In this document: positions 15,802 to 23,971 of the stretch, piece after piece
How positions within the stretch are numbered: position 1 is the stretch's first letter
Layout of the letters: every line of letters begins with the position of its first letter
Program-made: the position numbers and the translations under genes
Assembly: GCA_937907055.1 (NCBI GenBank)
Contig: CALCTW010000119.1
Coordinates: 1-24,289, forward strand
Direction of reading: 5' to 3'
DNA length: 24,289 nt
Source of the DNA: an uncultured Clostridia bacterium
GTDB lineage: Bacteria; Bacillota; Clostridia; Christensenellales; Aristaeellaceae
Notes under the pieces: model-generated
Databases searched by the model: none
The model's input: only the letters and a program-made list of their open reading frames with translations
What the model was told of the DNA's origin: nothing

Positions 15802-17205
15802 ATGAAGCGCGTATCCAACAAGACCAAATGGATCTTTGCTGTCGGTCAGCTGGGCTGGTCCATCCTCGCCGGCATCATCTCCAACCTGCTCGTCAATTTC
15901 TATCTGCCTGCTGAAACCGGCAACGGCGTCATCACCTTCGTGACCAGCGCCACCTTCATCGGTCTGACGGTGATCGGCCTGATCACAGCCGCCGGCCGTA
16001 TCGTTGACGCTGTGACCGACCCGATGATCGCCAACATGAGCGATAACTGCCGCCACAGGCTGGGCAAGCGCATCCCCTTCATGCGTTATTCCGCGCTTCC
16101 CTTCGCCATCGTCACCGTGCTCATCTTCTGCTGCCCGGTGCGCGGTGAATCCACACTCAATATCATCTGGCTCGCGGTGACCATGGTCATCTTCTACATC
16201 GCCATGACTGCCTACTGCACGCCCTACAACGCCCTGATCCCCGTGCTGGGCCGCGATCAGAAGGATCGTATGGACATCTCCACTTACATCTCCCTCACCT
16301 ACATTCTGGGCACCGGCATCGCGTTCGGCGGCAAGATGATCTGGGAAATGCTGCAGGGCGCGACCGGCTGGGATTACTACCTTTGCGCGCGCCTGACGCT
16401 GAGCGTGCTGGCGGTGATCGCGCTGATCTGCATGCTGCTGCCCGCGTTCCTGATCAGGGAAAAAGACTACGATGATTCCGAGCCCGTCAAGGAAAACACG
16501 ATGGCCTCCCTCAGGAAGACCTTCAGCAACAAGCATTTCCGTATTTTCGTTCTCTCCGATATCATCTACTGGGTGGGCATCACCATCTTCAACACAGGCT
16601 TCATCTACTATGTGGAAAACCTGCTGGATCTCAAAGATTCCTACATGCTGCTCTTCGTATTCATGACCCTCGTGACCTTCGTGTGCTACATTCCGGTCAA
16701 CTTCCTTTCCCGCCGGTTCGGCAAGAAGAAACTGCTGACTGTCGGCTTTGTCCTGTTCGCGGTCGCCTTCCTCGTTTCCGCCTTTGCCGGTAAGATCACC
16801 GTGATCCCCAACCTCATCTACGGCTTCATCATCTGCGTGCTGGTAGGCGTACCGCTGGCCATTCTGGGTGTGATCCCGCAGGCGATCGTCGCGGACATCG
16901 CCGAGAGCGACTGCGTTGAAACGGGTGAAAATCATGACGCCATGTTCTTCGCCGCGCGTACCTTCGCCTTCAAAATGGGTCAGAGCCTGGCCATGATCAT
17001 CTTCACCTCCCTGGCGGTGATCGGCCAGAGCACCAAACTGAGCGAACTGGGTGAAGAGATCATCGTCAACGACGGCACCGGCTATCGTCTCAGCCTGATC
17101 GTCGCGCTGGTGCTGTGCGTGATCGCGGCGATCGTGATCCTGTTCTACAACGAGAAAAAGGTGATCGGCACGATCGAGGCCGCTCACAATGAGAAGAAGG
17201 ATTGA
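15802..17205 (+). CDS. Glycoside-pentoside-hexuronide (GPH)/MFS family sugar:cation symporter
   Basis: 467 aa, about 12 TMs. GPH signature ..GRIVDAVTDPMIANMSDN..HRLGKRIPFM... RBS AAAGGAGA. Confidence 0.85.
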   Translation: MKRVSNKTKWIFAVGQLGWSILAGIISNLLVNFYLPAETGNGVITFVTSATFIGLTVIGLITAAGRIVDAVTDPMIANMSDNCRHRLGKRIPFMRYSALPFAIVTVLIFCCPVRGESTLNIIWLAVTMVIFYIAMTAYCTPYNALIPVLGRDQKDRMDISTYISLTYILGTGIAFGGKMIWEMLQGATGWDYYLCARLTLSVLAVIALICMLLPAFLIREKDYDDSEPVKENTMASLRKTFSNKHFRIFVLSDIIYWVGITIFNTGFIYYVENLLDLKDSYMLLFVFMTLVTFVCYIPVNFLSRRFGKKKLLTVGFVLFAVAFLVSAFAGKITVIPNLIYGFIICVLVGVPLAILGVIPQAIVADIAESDCVETGENHDAMFFAARTFAFKMGQSLAMIIFTSLAVIGQSTKLSELGEEIIVNDGTGYRLSLIVALVLCVIAAIVILFYNEKKVIGTIEAAHNEKKD

Positions 17206-17209
17206 CCTT

Positions 17210-18823
17210 ATGCGACTGGATTATCTCGTCGGCGGCAAGCGGCAGAGCATCAGCCAGAGCGATCCCTGTGTGCGCCTGAACATCACGGAAAATGACGGCC
17301 GTGTGACGGTCAGCATCACAGCCTTTGCCGCGATCACACTCATTTCCGCCGTGACCGCGCTGCAGCACCCTTACGGCAAGGATGACCTTGTTTTCGCGAA
17401 CGGTTATCAGTCCTGGACCGAGACCCGTCAGTTTTCCGCGAAGGAGGGCCTCCGGGATCTCTCCCGCCTGCCCGTTAAACTCACGGAACGCTTCGCCCTG
17501 AAGGCCTATGGTTCACAGTATTTTGAACCGGCTGAAAAAAACACAAAGGTCGCCTTTGACCTGTTTGAGATCATCGGAACAGCGCCGCTCTTCATCGGCA
17601 ATCTGAATTATAAAAACGCTTATCTCATCATCCGCCCGGATCAGTTGAACGGCACGATCACCCTGAAAAGTGATGTCGAGGGGCTGAAGCTGGCCGCGGG
17701 CGAAAGCTTCATCCTGTTTGATTATGTGTTTTCAACGGATGCCGCGGCCGCGCGTGACGCGTATTTCGCGCGGATGAAACCCGTCAGCAGCAGGAAGCTG
17801 CTGGGCTACACCAGCTGGTACAATCATTATCAGAATATCAATGAACAGCTGATCGACACCGCGCTCCGTGAAATGGACAGCCGGTTTGAACTGTTCCAGA
17901 TCGATGACGGGTTCGAGCCGTTCGTAGGAGACTGGCTGGTCACCGATCCTCAGAAATTCCCTCAGGGGCTCGGCCCCATCGTGCAGCGGATACACGACAA
18001 AAAGATGCTGGCCGGTATCTGGCTCGCGCCCTTCGCGGCGGAACAGGCTTCCGCGCTTGTCCGCGAGCATCCGGACTGGATCCGGCGTGATCAAAACGGC
18101 GCGCCTGTCATGGGCGGCTGCAACTGGAGCGGTTTTTACGCGCTGGATCTGGACAAGCCCGAGGTGATCGGCTATGTCCGCAGGGTACTGAAGCACTACG
18201 CGGATCTGGGCTTTGATTTCTTCAAGCTGGATTTCCTTTATGCCGCCACGCTTTCCCGGATGCAGGGAAAGACAAGGGCGCAGACCGCGGAATATGCCTA
18301 TGGTCTGCTGCGCGAGGAACTGGGAGACCGGCTGATCCTGGGCTGCGGCGCGACACTTGCAAACGGCTTTGAGCGATTCGATTATATGCGGATCGGTCCG
18401 GATGTGTGCCTGCGGTTCGATGATCATTTCTATATGCGCGTGCTGCATCCGGAGCGCGTTTCCACCAGGGTCACGCTGTGCAATACGATCTTCCGCCATA
18501 TGATGGACGGCCACGCCTTCGGCAATGATCCCGATGTGTTCCTGCTGCGTGACGAAAACATTCATCTCACACCGGCCCAGCGCTACGCGCTGACCACGGT
18601 CAACGCCCTGTTCGGAAGCCTGATGATGACCTCCGATGATCCGGGACGGTATGTCAGCAAAAAGAAAGACATTCTGGAAAAAGCATTGCTTCTGAACCGG
18701 AACGCAAAGGTGACAGACACACGCCGGGAAGGCGATCTGATCCATATTCGCTACACCCTGAACGGTCAGACACACAGCATGGATTATCACATGAAAAAGG
18801 GGATCATTCAAAATGAACGATAA
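17210..18823 (+). CDS. GH36-family alpha-galactosidase (short, Thermotoga GalA-like type)
   Basis: ..LGYTSWYNHY...LFQIDDGFEPFVGDWL...FPQGL...GIWLAPF...HPDW...YALDL...FFKLDFLYAA...ILGCGA...RIGPDV matches the GH36 catalytic TIM barrel. The ATG at 17210 lies 4 nt after the symporter stop and has an RBS; the ATG at 17189 is less likely. Confidence 0.75.
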   Translation: MRLDYLVGGKRQSISQSDPCVRLNITENDGRVTVSITAFAAITLISAVTALQHPYGKDDLVFANGYQSWTETRQFSAKEGLRDLSRLPVKLTERFALKAYGSQYFEPAEKNTKVAFDLFEIIGTAPLFIGNLNYKNAYLIIRPDQLNGTITLKSDVEGLKLAAGESFILFDYVFSTDAAAARDAYFARMKPVSSRKLLGYTSWYNHYQNINEQLIDTALREMDSRFELFQIDDGFEPFVGDWLVTDPQKFPQGLGPIVQRIHDKKMLAGIWLAPFAAEQASALVREHPDWIRRDQNGAPVMGGCNWSGFYALDLDKPEVIGYVRRVLKHYADLGFDFFKLDFLYAATLSRMQGKTRAQTAEYAYGLLREELGDRLILGCGATLANGFERFDYMRIGPDVCLRFDDHFYMRVLHPERVSTRVTLCNTIFRHMMDGHAFGNDPDVFLLRDENIHLTPAQRYALTTVNALFGSLMMTSDDPGRYVSKKKDILEKALLLNRNAKVTDTRREGDLIHIRYTLNGQTHSMDYHMKKGIIQNER

Positions 18824-20246
18824 AAGCGCCGTGATCTTCGGTAACCCGATCGATCCCAAAACACTGCGTGCTGCCGAAAAAGCCAAAGCCGGCTATGTAA
18901 AGAAATACGGTGATGACAGCAGCGTTCAGTATCAGCTCTCCCCCGTCGCCATCAAGCCGCTGGATTTTTGCGGCGCGCAGAATCTGGTGATCACAGACAA
19001 AGCCGAAAAACTGGATAAAAAAGCGCTGATCGTAGGCAATATCCGCATGGGCTTCGGACACTACCGTATCTCCATCGCGATGGCCTCCTGCGCGCGGGCT
19101 ATGGGTTACACCCCCTACTGGCTGGATCTGGCCTCCTTTGAAAGCACCGGCAGCAAAATGATCCGTGAGCAGAATCACCTGTACTCTCTGGCGTCCCGCA
19201 TTTCACAGCGTTCCAGGCTCTTCAATCATTTTGTGTGGGAACCCATGAACAGCGAAGGCTTTAAGAAACTGACCTATAACGCCAAGGATCAGAAGACCAC
19301 AGAGCTGCTGACACCGCTCTATGCCTCCCTGCCCAAAGACACACCCTGCATCGCCACCCACGTGTGGCCCGCGCAGGCCGCCGTGCATGCCGGCATGACC
19401 CATGTGGTGAATGCCATCCCGGATAACTGGCCCATGGCGCTGCATCTGGCGGAGGGGTCCATCCACACCGTACAGACGCCGTTTGCCTATCTGGGCTACA
19501 AGATGCTGAACGGCTTTTCCAAAAAGCCGCTGAAGGGCATGCCGGAAGCCGCGCTGAAGATGACCGGCCGTTATGTGGATCATGAACTGCTCGTGGATCT
19601 TGAAAAAGACAACGAAGCGCGTATCGCCCGCGCGGAGAAGGGGCGTCCCATGCGCTTCCTGATGACCGTGGGCGGTGCCGGCGCCGGCTATAAGCAGTTT
19701 CTGGCCATGGTCCGCCATCTGATCCCCTATGTGAAGGCAAAGAAGGCCGCGCTGATCATCAACTTCGGCGATCATCAGGATGTCTATCACAAAATGCGCG
19801 CGCAGCTGGCAGGGTGCGAAGTCAGGGAATTTGTCGATCGTTACGAGGATATCAAGGCGCTGGCTGAAACGCTGAAAACAGAAGACGCGAACGGGATCTA
19901 TGTGCTGTGCAACACCGGGATCTTTGAAGCGGTCTACACCACCAACCTGCTGATGCCGCGGTGCGATGTGCTGATCACCAAGCCCTCCGAACTGGCCTAC
20001 TACCCTATTCCCAAGCTCTTCATGAAGCACATCGGCGGCCATGAGGTGTATGGCGCGGTGTGCTCTCAGGAAGCCGGTGACGGCACCTTTGAATGCGCGA
20101 CAGATGAAGCGGCCGCCCATATGATCGACCGTCTGCTGAGCGATCCCGAGCTGTACCGCCATCTCTGCGAACGCATTACGCAGATGAAGGCGGAAGGCGC
20201 CTACAACGGCGCGTATGAATGTGTGCGGCTCGCCGCCGGCAAATAA
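18813..20246 (+). CDS. GT-B fold glycosyltransferase-like protein (distant MGDG-synthase/MurG-like), function unknown
   Basis: 477 aa. The N-domain G.GH motif (NIRMGFGHYRISIAMAS), the mid motif LMTVGGAGAG and the C-domain ..DVLITKPSELAYYPIP.. parallel GT28-type enzymes. Its start overlaps the GH36 stop by 11 nt. Confidence 0.45.
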   Translation: MNDKSAVIFGNPIDPKTLRAAEKAKAGYVKKYGDDSSVQYQLSPVAIKPLDFCGAQNLVITDKAEKLDKKALIVGNIRMGFGHYRISIAMASCARAMGYTPYWLDLASFESTGSKMIREQNHLYSLASRISQRSRLFNHFVWEPMNSEGFKKLTYNAKDQKTTELLTPLYASLPKDTPCIATHVWPAQAAVHAGMTHVVNAIPDNWPMALHLAEGSIHTVQTPFAYLGYKMLNGFSKKPLKGMPEAALKMTGRYVDHELLVDLEKDNEARIARAEKGRPMRFLMTVGGAGAGYKQFLAMVRHLIPYVKAKKAALIINFGDHQDVYHKMRAQLAGCEVREFVDRYEDIKALAETLKTEDANGIYVLCNTGIFEAVYTTNLLMPRCDVLITKPSELAYYPIPKLFMKHIGGHEVYGAVCSQEAGDGTFECATDEAAAHMIDRLLSDPELYRHLCERITQMKAEGAYNGAYECVRLAAGK

Positions 20247-20311
20247 ACCGGTCCGGCGATCGTCCGTGATAACAAAGCCCTGTTCCATGGGCAAAAGCAT
20301 CCAAGTATTAC

Positions 20312-20356
20312 AAAAGGCATGGTCTTCGCGAAAAAGTGAAGATCATGCCTTTTATC
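20312..20356. terminator. Bidirectional rho-independent terminator between the GT-B-like gene and the AKR gene
   Basis: 16-bp stem AAAAGGCATGGTCTTC (20312-20327) / GAAGATCATGCCTTTT (20338-20353) with one G-T pair. A/T runs on both flanks. Confidence 0.8.
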
Positions 20357-20417
20357 TTTCTGTCAGGTTGCCGGTCGTATCTTTCCCGGCGTATCCTTTC
20401 TCCCGGATCCGCCCGCG

Positions 20418-21344
20418 TTACGGCAGGAATTTGCCGGAAGCCAGATACAGTTGATACCACTCCTGATGAGTCAGGCGCACACCGGAAGCAGCGCAGATGT
20501 CCTTGAGGTGCGCGGGGTTCATCGTCCCGGCGATCACCTGCATACGCGCCGGATGGCGCAGGATCCACGCGATGGCGATGGCCGCCTTGGAAACACCGTA
20601 CTTTTCGCCCAGTTCCGCCAGCACGGCGTTCAGCTCGGGGAAGTCGGGATGATCCACAAAGCAGCCGCCGAACATGCCGAACTGCAGCGGTGACCACGCC
20701 TGGATGGTCATATCATGCAGGCGGCAGTAATTGAGAATGCCGTTATCCCGGTCGATGGAACGGTCGGTGGTCTTGTTGTTCAGATACAGGTCCGCGTCGA
20801 TCAACTGGGACTGTTCCACAGAGAACTGCAGCTGATTGATCACGAGCGGCTGGCGCACATATTTCTTCAGCAGTTCCAGCTGCCCCGGCGATACATTGCT
20901 GACACCGAAGGCACGCACCTTGCCGCTCTTTTCCAGCGTTTCAAAGGCTTCCGCCACCTCCTCGGGATCAAACAGCAGATCCGGACGGTGCAGCAGCAGG
21001 GTATCCAGATACTCTGTCTTCAGACGGGACAGGATGCCGTCCACGCTTTCCAGAATATCATCCCGGCTCCAGTCAAATTCCTTGCGGTCGAAATGCAGAC
21101 CGCACTTACTCTGCAGGATCACGTCCTCACGCTTCAGTCCGGTCATGGGGAAGGCATCGGCAAAACGGATCTCCGCCTCGCCCGCGCCGTAGCAGGTCGC
21201 GTGATCATAAAAATTGATTCCCAGTTCCCAGGCCGTGCGGATCATCTCCGCGGCAGCCTCTTTGGTAAGCGCCGGCATCCGCATACAGCCGAGAATGATC
21301 TCGGAAACGTTCTGCGGGCCATTCTTCACATTGATCGTTTTCAT
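20418..21344 (-). CDS. Aldo/keto reductase family oxidoreductase
   Basis: 308 aa. ..ILGCMRM....A..MI..A.ELGINFYDHATCYG.GEAE.., ..LLLHRPD.. and ..VRAFGVSN.. are AKR motifs. RBS AAGGAG. Confidence 0.9.
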   Translation of the reverse strand: MKTINVKNGPQNVSEIILGCMRMPALTKEAAAEMIRTAWELGINFYDHATCYGAGEAEIRFADAFPMTGLKREDVILQSKCGLHFDRKEFDWSRDDILESVDGILSRLKTEYLDTLLLHRPDLLFDPEEVAEAFETLEKSGKVRAFGVSNVSPGQLELLKKYVRQPLVINQLQFSVEQSQLIDADLYLNNKTTDRSIDRDNGILNYCRLHDMTIQAWSPLQFGMFGGCFVDHPDFPELNAVLAELGEKYGVSKAAIAIAWILRHPARMQVIAGTMNPAHLKDICAASGVRLTHQEWYQLYLASGKFLP

Positions 21345-21384
21345 CTTTTACTCCTTACACTTTTTTCAGGCAGCCATTGTAGCC

Positions 21385-21413
21385 ATTATACCTGCAGCCT
21401 CCGTCAAATGCAA
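21385..21413 (-). promoter_or_regulatory. Candidate promoter of the AKR gene
   Basis: On the minus strand: TTGCAT (21413-21408), 17-nt spacer, TATAAT (21390-21385). It is about 40 nt upstream of the ATG. Confidence 0.5.
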
Positions 21414-21448
21414 GGCTTTTCGTCCCTTCGCGGCAAACGGTGAATATA

Positions 21449-21478
21449 GAAAAAAGCAACCCTTCCCGGCTGCTTTTC
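21449..21478 (-). terminator. Terminator-like hairpin inside the nadK-AKR intergenic island
   Basis: On the minus strand: AAAAGCAGCC-gggaag-GGTTGCTTTT followed by TT (10-bp stem, one mismatch). Confidence 0.4.
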
Positions 21479-21524
21479 CAGTATCACTATACACTTTTTT
21501 CGAGTGACCTGCAATGAACATTCT

Positions 21525-21582
21525 CGAACCTTTTCTATCCTTTTTATCACCTGTACGAACCTTTTGTGACCTTTTGTGACCT
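21525..21582. repeat. Six 10-11-bp phased units, each a 6-mer followed by a T-rich 4-5-mer
   Basis: CGAACC-TTTT / CTATCC-TTTTT / ATCACC-TGTA / CGAACC-TTTT / GTGACC-TTTT / GTGACC-TGAT. GTGACCTTTT is exactly duplicated at 21566-21575 and 21576-21585 (read from 21566). Confidence 0.65.
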
Positions 21583-21610
21583 GATTCAACACTTTATTCA
21601 TATTTAAAGC

Positions 21611-21674
21611 AAAAACCGACCCGAAGGCCGGTCACCGCCCCTGCGGCTGACGTGAACGCTTCACGCTCAGGGGC
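21611..21674 (-). terminator. Composite terminator after nadK (two stacked hairpins plus a U-run)
   Basis: GCCCCTG..(CGTGAA-cgc-TTCACG)..CAGGGGC at 21637-21674. Then, on the minus strand, ACCGGCC-ttcg-GGTCGGT followed by TTTTT (21632-21611). Confidence 0.5.
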
Positions 21675-21712
21675 TGTTGCTTTTTATGGCATGTTTTTTC
21701 CAAAATCCGTGC

Positions 21713-22519
21713 TCACTTCCGGGACATGAAACCGCCCATCATGCACACAGGCTCATGGCGAACATACAATTGCAGCGCGTCCGGGATGTAGCGCGCCGTC
21801 ACCGGCTCCGCCATATCTCCCACCGCGTTTCCGTCCGCGTAGATCGCGCCCTTGTCCGCTCGGGCCTTCACCGTGATACAGTGAGACGCGCCGATGACAT
21901 TCGTATGGGTCATCTGTTCATGTGAACAGATCGGTGTCAGCGCGATCGCGGACACAGTGGGCTCCAGCACAGGGCCGCCCGCGGAATAGTTGTAGGCCGT
22001 TGAGCCGGTCGGCGTGGCGATGATCAGGCCGTCTCCGCGCAGGCGGAACTATTCCTCCTCATCGATCCGTACCGTCATTTCAACGGTCTCTCCGAAGCGC
22101 TGCTTGGCGATCACCAGATCATTCACCGCCGGGATCACCCGGTCTCCAATGGTAACAGAAAGGATCCCGCGTGCTGAGATCCGGCATTCGTTCAGGATCT
22201 CGTCAAACCGGCCGATCTGTTCAAACGGCATCGCGCACAGATATCCCAGCCGTCCGCTGTTGATCCCAAAGAGGGGCTTTCCTGCCCTGATCGCGGTCTG
22301 CGCCGCGCGGAGGACAGCGCCGTCTCCGCCCAGAGAAATGACAAGATCGCATTCCTCCGGACGGAGACCGGCATGACTGTCATTGCCGTACAGGGCAAGA
22401 CTGTCGGAAGCGGAAAGGGCACACTGATGCCTGCCGGCGGATTCCAGCGCCGAAACGCACGAGACCGCCTGCATCGTCTGCTCCTTCGTATAATGATTCG
22501 GGCAAAACCACAGTTTCAC
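21713..22519 (-). pseudogene. nadK: NAD kinase (NadK/PpnK) interrupted by one in-frame TAG at codon 157
   Basis: GTG start at 22519 after GGAGGA. ..CDLVISLGGDGAVLRAA....GKPLFGINSGRLGYL.. lies upstream of the TAG (22051-22049). ..[30 protein letters not shown]...LTPICSH.. follows in the same frame. Total 269 codons, a normal NadK length. Confidence 0.85.
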
Positions 22520-22547
22520 CTTTCCGTTCCTCCAGACTGATTTCAGA

Positions 22548-23957
22548 TTACTTGCTCATCAGGTATTCGTCGATCGCCTTGGCAGCCACCTTACCGGCGC
22601 CCATGGCGGAGATGACGGTCGCCGCGCCGGTAACGGCGTCACCGCCGGCATACACGGCATTGCGGGAGGTCAGACCGTTCTCATTGACGATGATACCGCC
22701 GTGACGGTTCACTTCCAGACCTTCGGTGGTGTCCTTGATGAGGGGGTTGGGAGAAGTACCGATGGAGATGACGACAGCGTCCACATCCAGCACATACTCG
22801 CTGCCGGGCACAGCCACAGGACGGCGGCGGCCGCTGGCATCCGCTTCACCCAGTTCCATCTTCACGACCTTGATACCGGTCACGAAGCCGTTCTTTTCAT
22901 CACGGGGATCATCGGGATTCTGATAGCCGAGGATCTCAACGGGGTTACGCAGCAGCTGGAAGTCGATGCCTTCCTCCTGCGCGTGCTCCACTTCCTCTTT
23001 ACGGGCAGGCAGCTCATCCATGGAGCGGCGATACACGATATACACCTTTTCAGCGCCCAGACGCAGCGCGGTACGGGCAGCATCCATGGCCACGTTGCCG
23101 CCGCCGACCACAGCCACCTTACCGCCCTTCATGATGGGGGTGTCGGGGTTGTCGAGGTAAGCCTTCATCAGGTTGCTGCGGGTGAGGAATTCGTTGGCGG
23201 AGTAAACGCCCTTCAGGCTCTCACCGGGGATGCCCATGAAGTTGGGCAGACCGGCGCCGGAGCCGACGAACACGGCTTCATAGCCCGCTTCGAACAGCTC
23301 ATCGATGGTCAGGGTCTTACCGATGACCACGTTGGGCTCCACATCCACGCCCAGCGCCTTCAGGGTTTCCACTTCCTTGGCCACGATGGACTTGGGAAGA
23401 CGGAACTCGGGGATACCATACACCAGCACGCCGCCGGCGGTATGCAGCGCTTCAAAGACGGAGACCTTGTAGCCCTTCTTTGCCAGGTCGCCGGCGCAGG
23501 TCAGACCGGACGGGCCGGAACCGACCACGGCCACCTTATGGCCGTTGGAGGCGGGCACAACGGGGGCTTCGGTGCTGTTGGCGTTGTGCCAGTCAGCCAC
23601 AAAGCGCTCCAGGCGGCCGATGCCGACGGGCTCGAACTTGATGCCCAGCGTGCACTTGCTCTCGCACTGGCTCTCCTGCGGGCACACACGGCCGCAGACA
23701 GCAGGCAGAGAGGAGGACTGGGAAATGATCTGGTAAGCACCCTCGAAATCCTGTTCCTTGATGCGGGTGATGAAGTCGGGGATGTTGATGTTGACAGGGC
23801 AGCCGTCCACGCAGGGACGGTTCTTGCAGTTCAGGCAGCGCTTCGCTTCTTCCACAGCGATCTCAACGGGGTAGCCCAGCGCGACCTCCTTGAAATTATG
23901 CGCCCGGACCTCGGGGGCCTGGGTGGGCATTTCATGCTTCTTAGGATTGATAGCCAT
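22548..23957 (-). CDS. nfnB: GltD-like NADPH-dependent oxidoreductase, probably NfnB (large subunit of NADH-dependent reduced-ferredoxin:NADP+ oxidoreductase)
   Basis: 469 aa. N-terminal 2x[4Fe-4S] motifs (CLNCKNRPCVDGCP, CGRVCPQESQCESKC) plus two dinucleotide-binding motifs (VAVVGSGPSGL, VAVVGGGNVAMD). It is adjacent to a PyrK-like subunit gene. Confidence 0.8.
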   Translation of the reverse strand: MAINPKKHEMPTQAPEVRAHNFKEVALGYPVEIAVEEAKRCLNCKNRPCVDGCPVNINIPDFITRIKEQDFEGAYQIISQSSSLPAVCGRVCPQESQCESKCTLGIKFEPVGIGRLERFVADWHNANSTEAPVVPASNGHKVAVVGSGPSGLTCAGDLAKKGYKVSVFEALHTAGGVLVYGIPEFRLPKSIVAKEVETLKALGVDVEPNVVIGKTLTIDELFEAGYEAVFVGSGAGLPNFMGIPGESLKGVYSANEFLTRSNLMKAYLDNPDTPIMKGGKVAVVGGGNVAMDAARTALRLGAEKVYIVYRRSMDELPARKEEVEHAQEEGIDFQLLRNPVEILGYQNPDDPRDEKNGFVTGIKVVKMELGEADASGRRRPVAVPGSEYVLDVDAVVISIGTSPNPLIKDTTEGLEVNRHGGIIVNENGLTSRNAVYAGGDAVTGAATVISAMGAGKVAAKAIDEYLMSK

Positions 23958-23971
23958 CTTCTTACGCCTCC

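Noticed and set aside
21404-21601. 65-aa ORF (MNKVLNQVTKGHKRF..) in the AT-rich island.
   Set aside because: It has no RBS. It runs through a terminator-like hairpin and into the AKR promoter. Its Lys/Arg-rich composition just reflects the A/T-tract repeats.
21648-21669. TGACGTGAAcgcTTCACGCTCA resembles the first 20 nt of the window (TGACGTGAAgTTCACGCGCA), which could suggest paired element ends.
   Set aside because: Both are short CGTGAA/TTCACG palindromes. One lies inside a coding region at the window edge and the other is part of the nadK terminator stem. The similarity is about 17 nt with gaps and there is no supporting context, so it is probably chance.
22049-22051. Pyrrolysine as the explanation for the nadK TAG.
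   Set aside because: I do not reject this outright, but I do not call it. The window contains no pylTSBCD genes and no methylamine methyltransferase genes, and NadK is not a known Pyl protein. A nonsense mutation or consensus error is the more parsimonious reading until the genome is checked.
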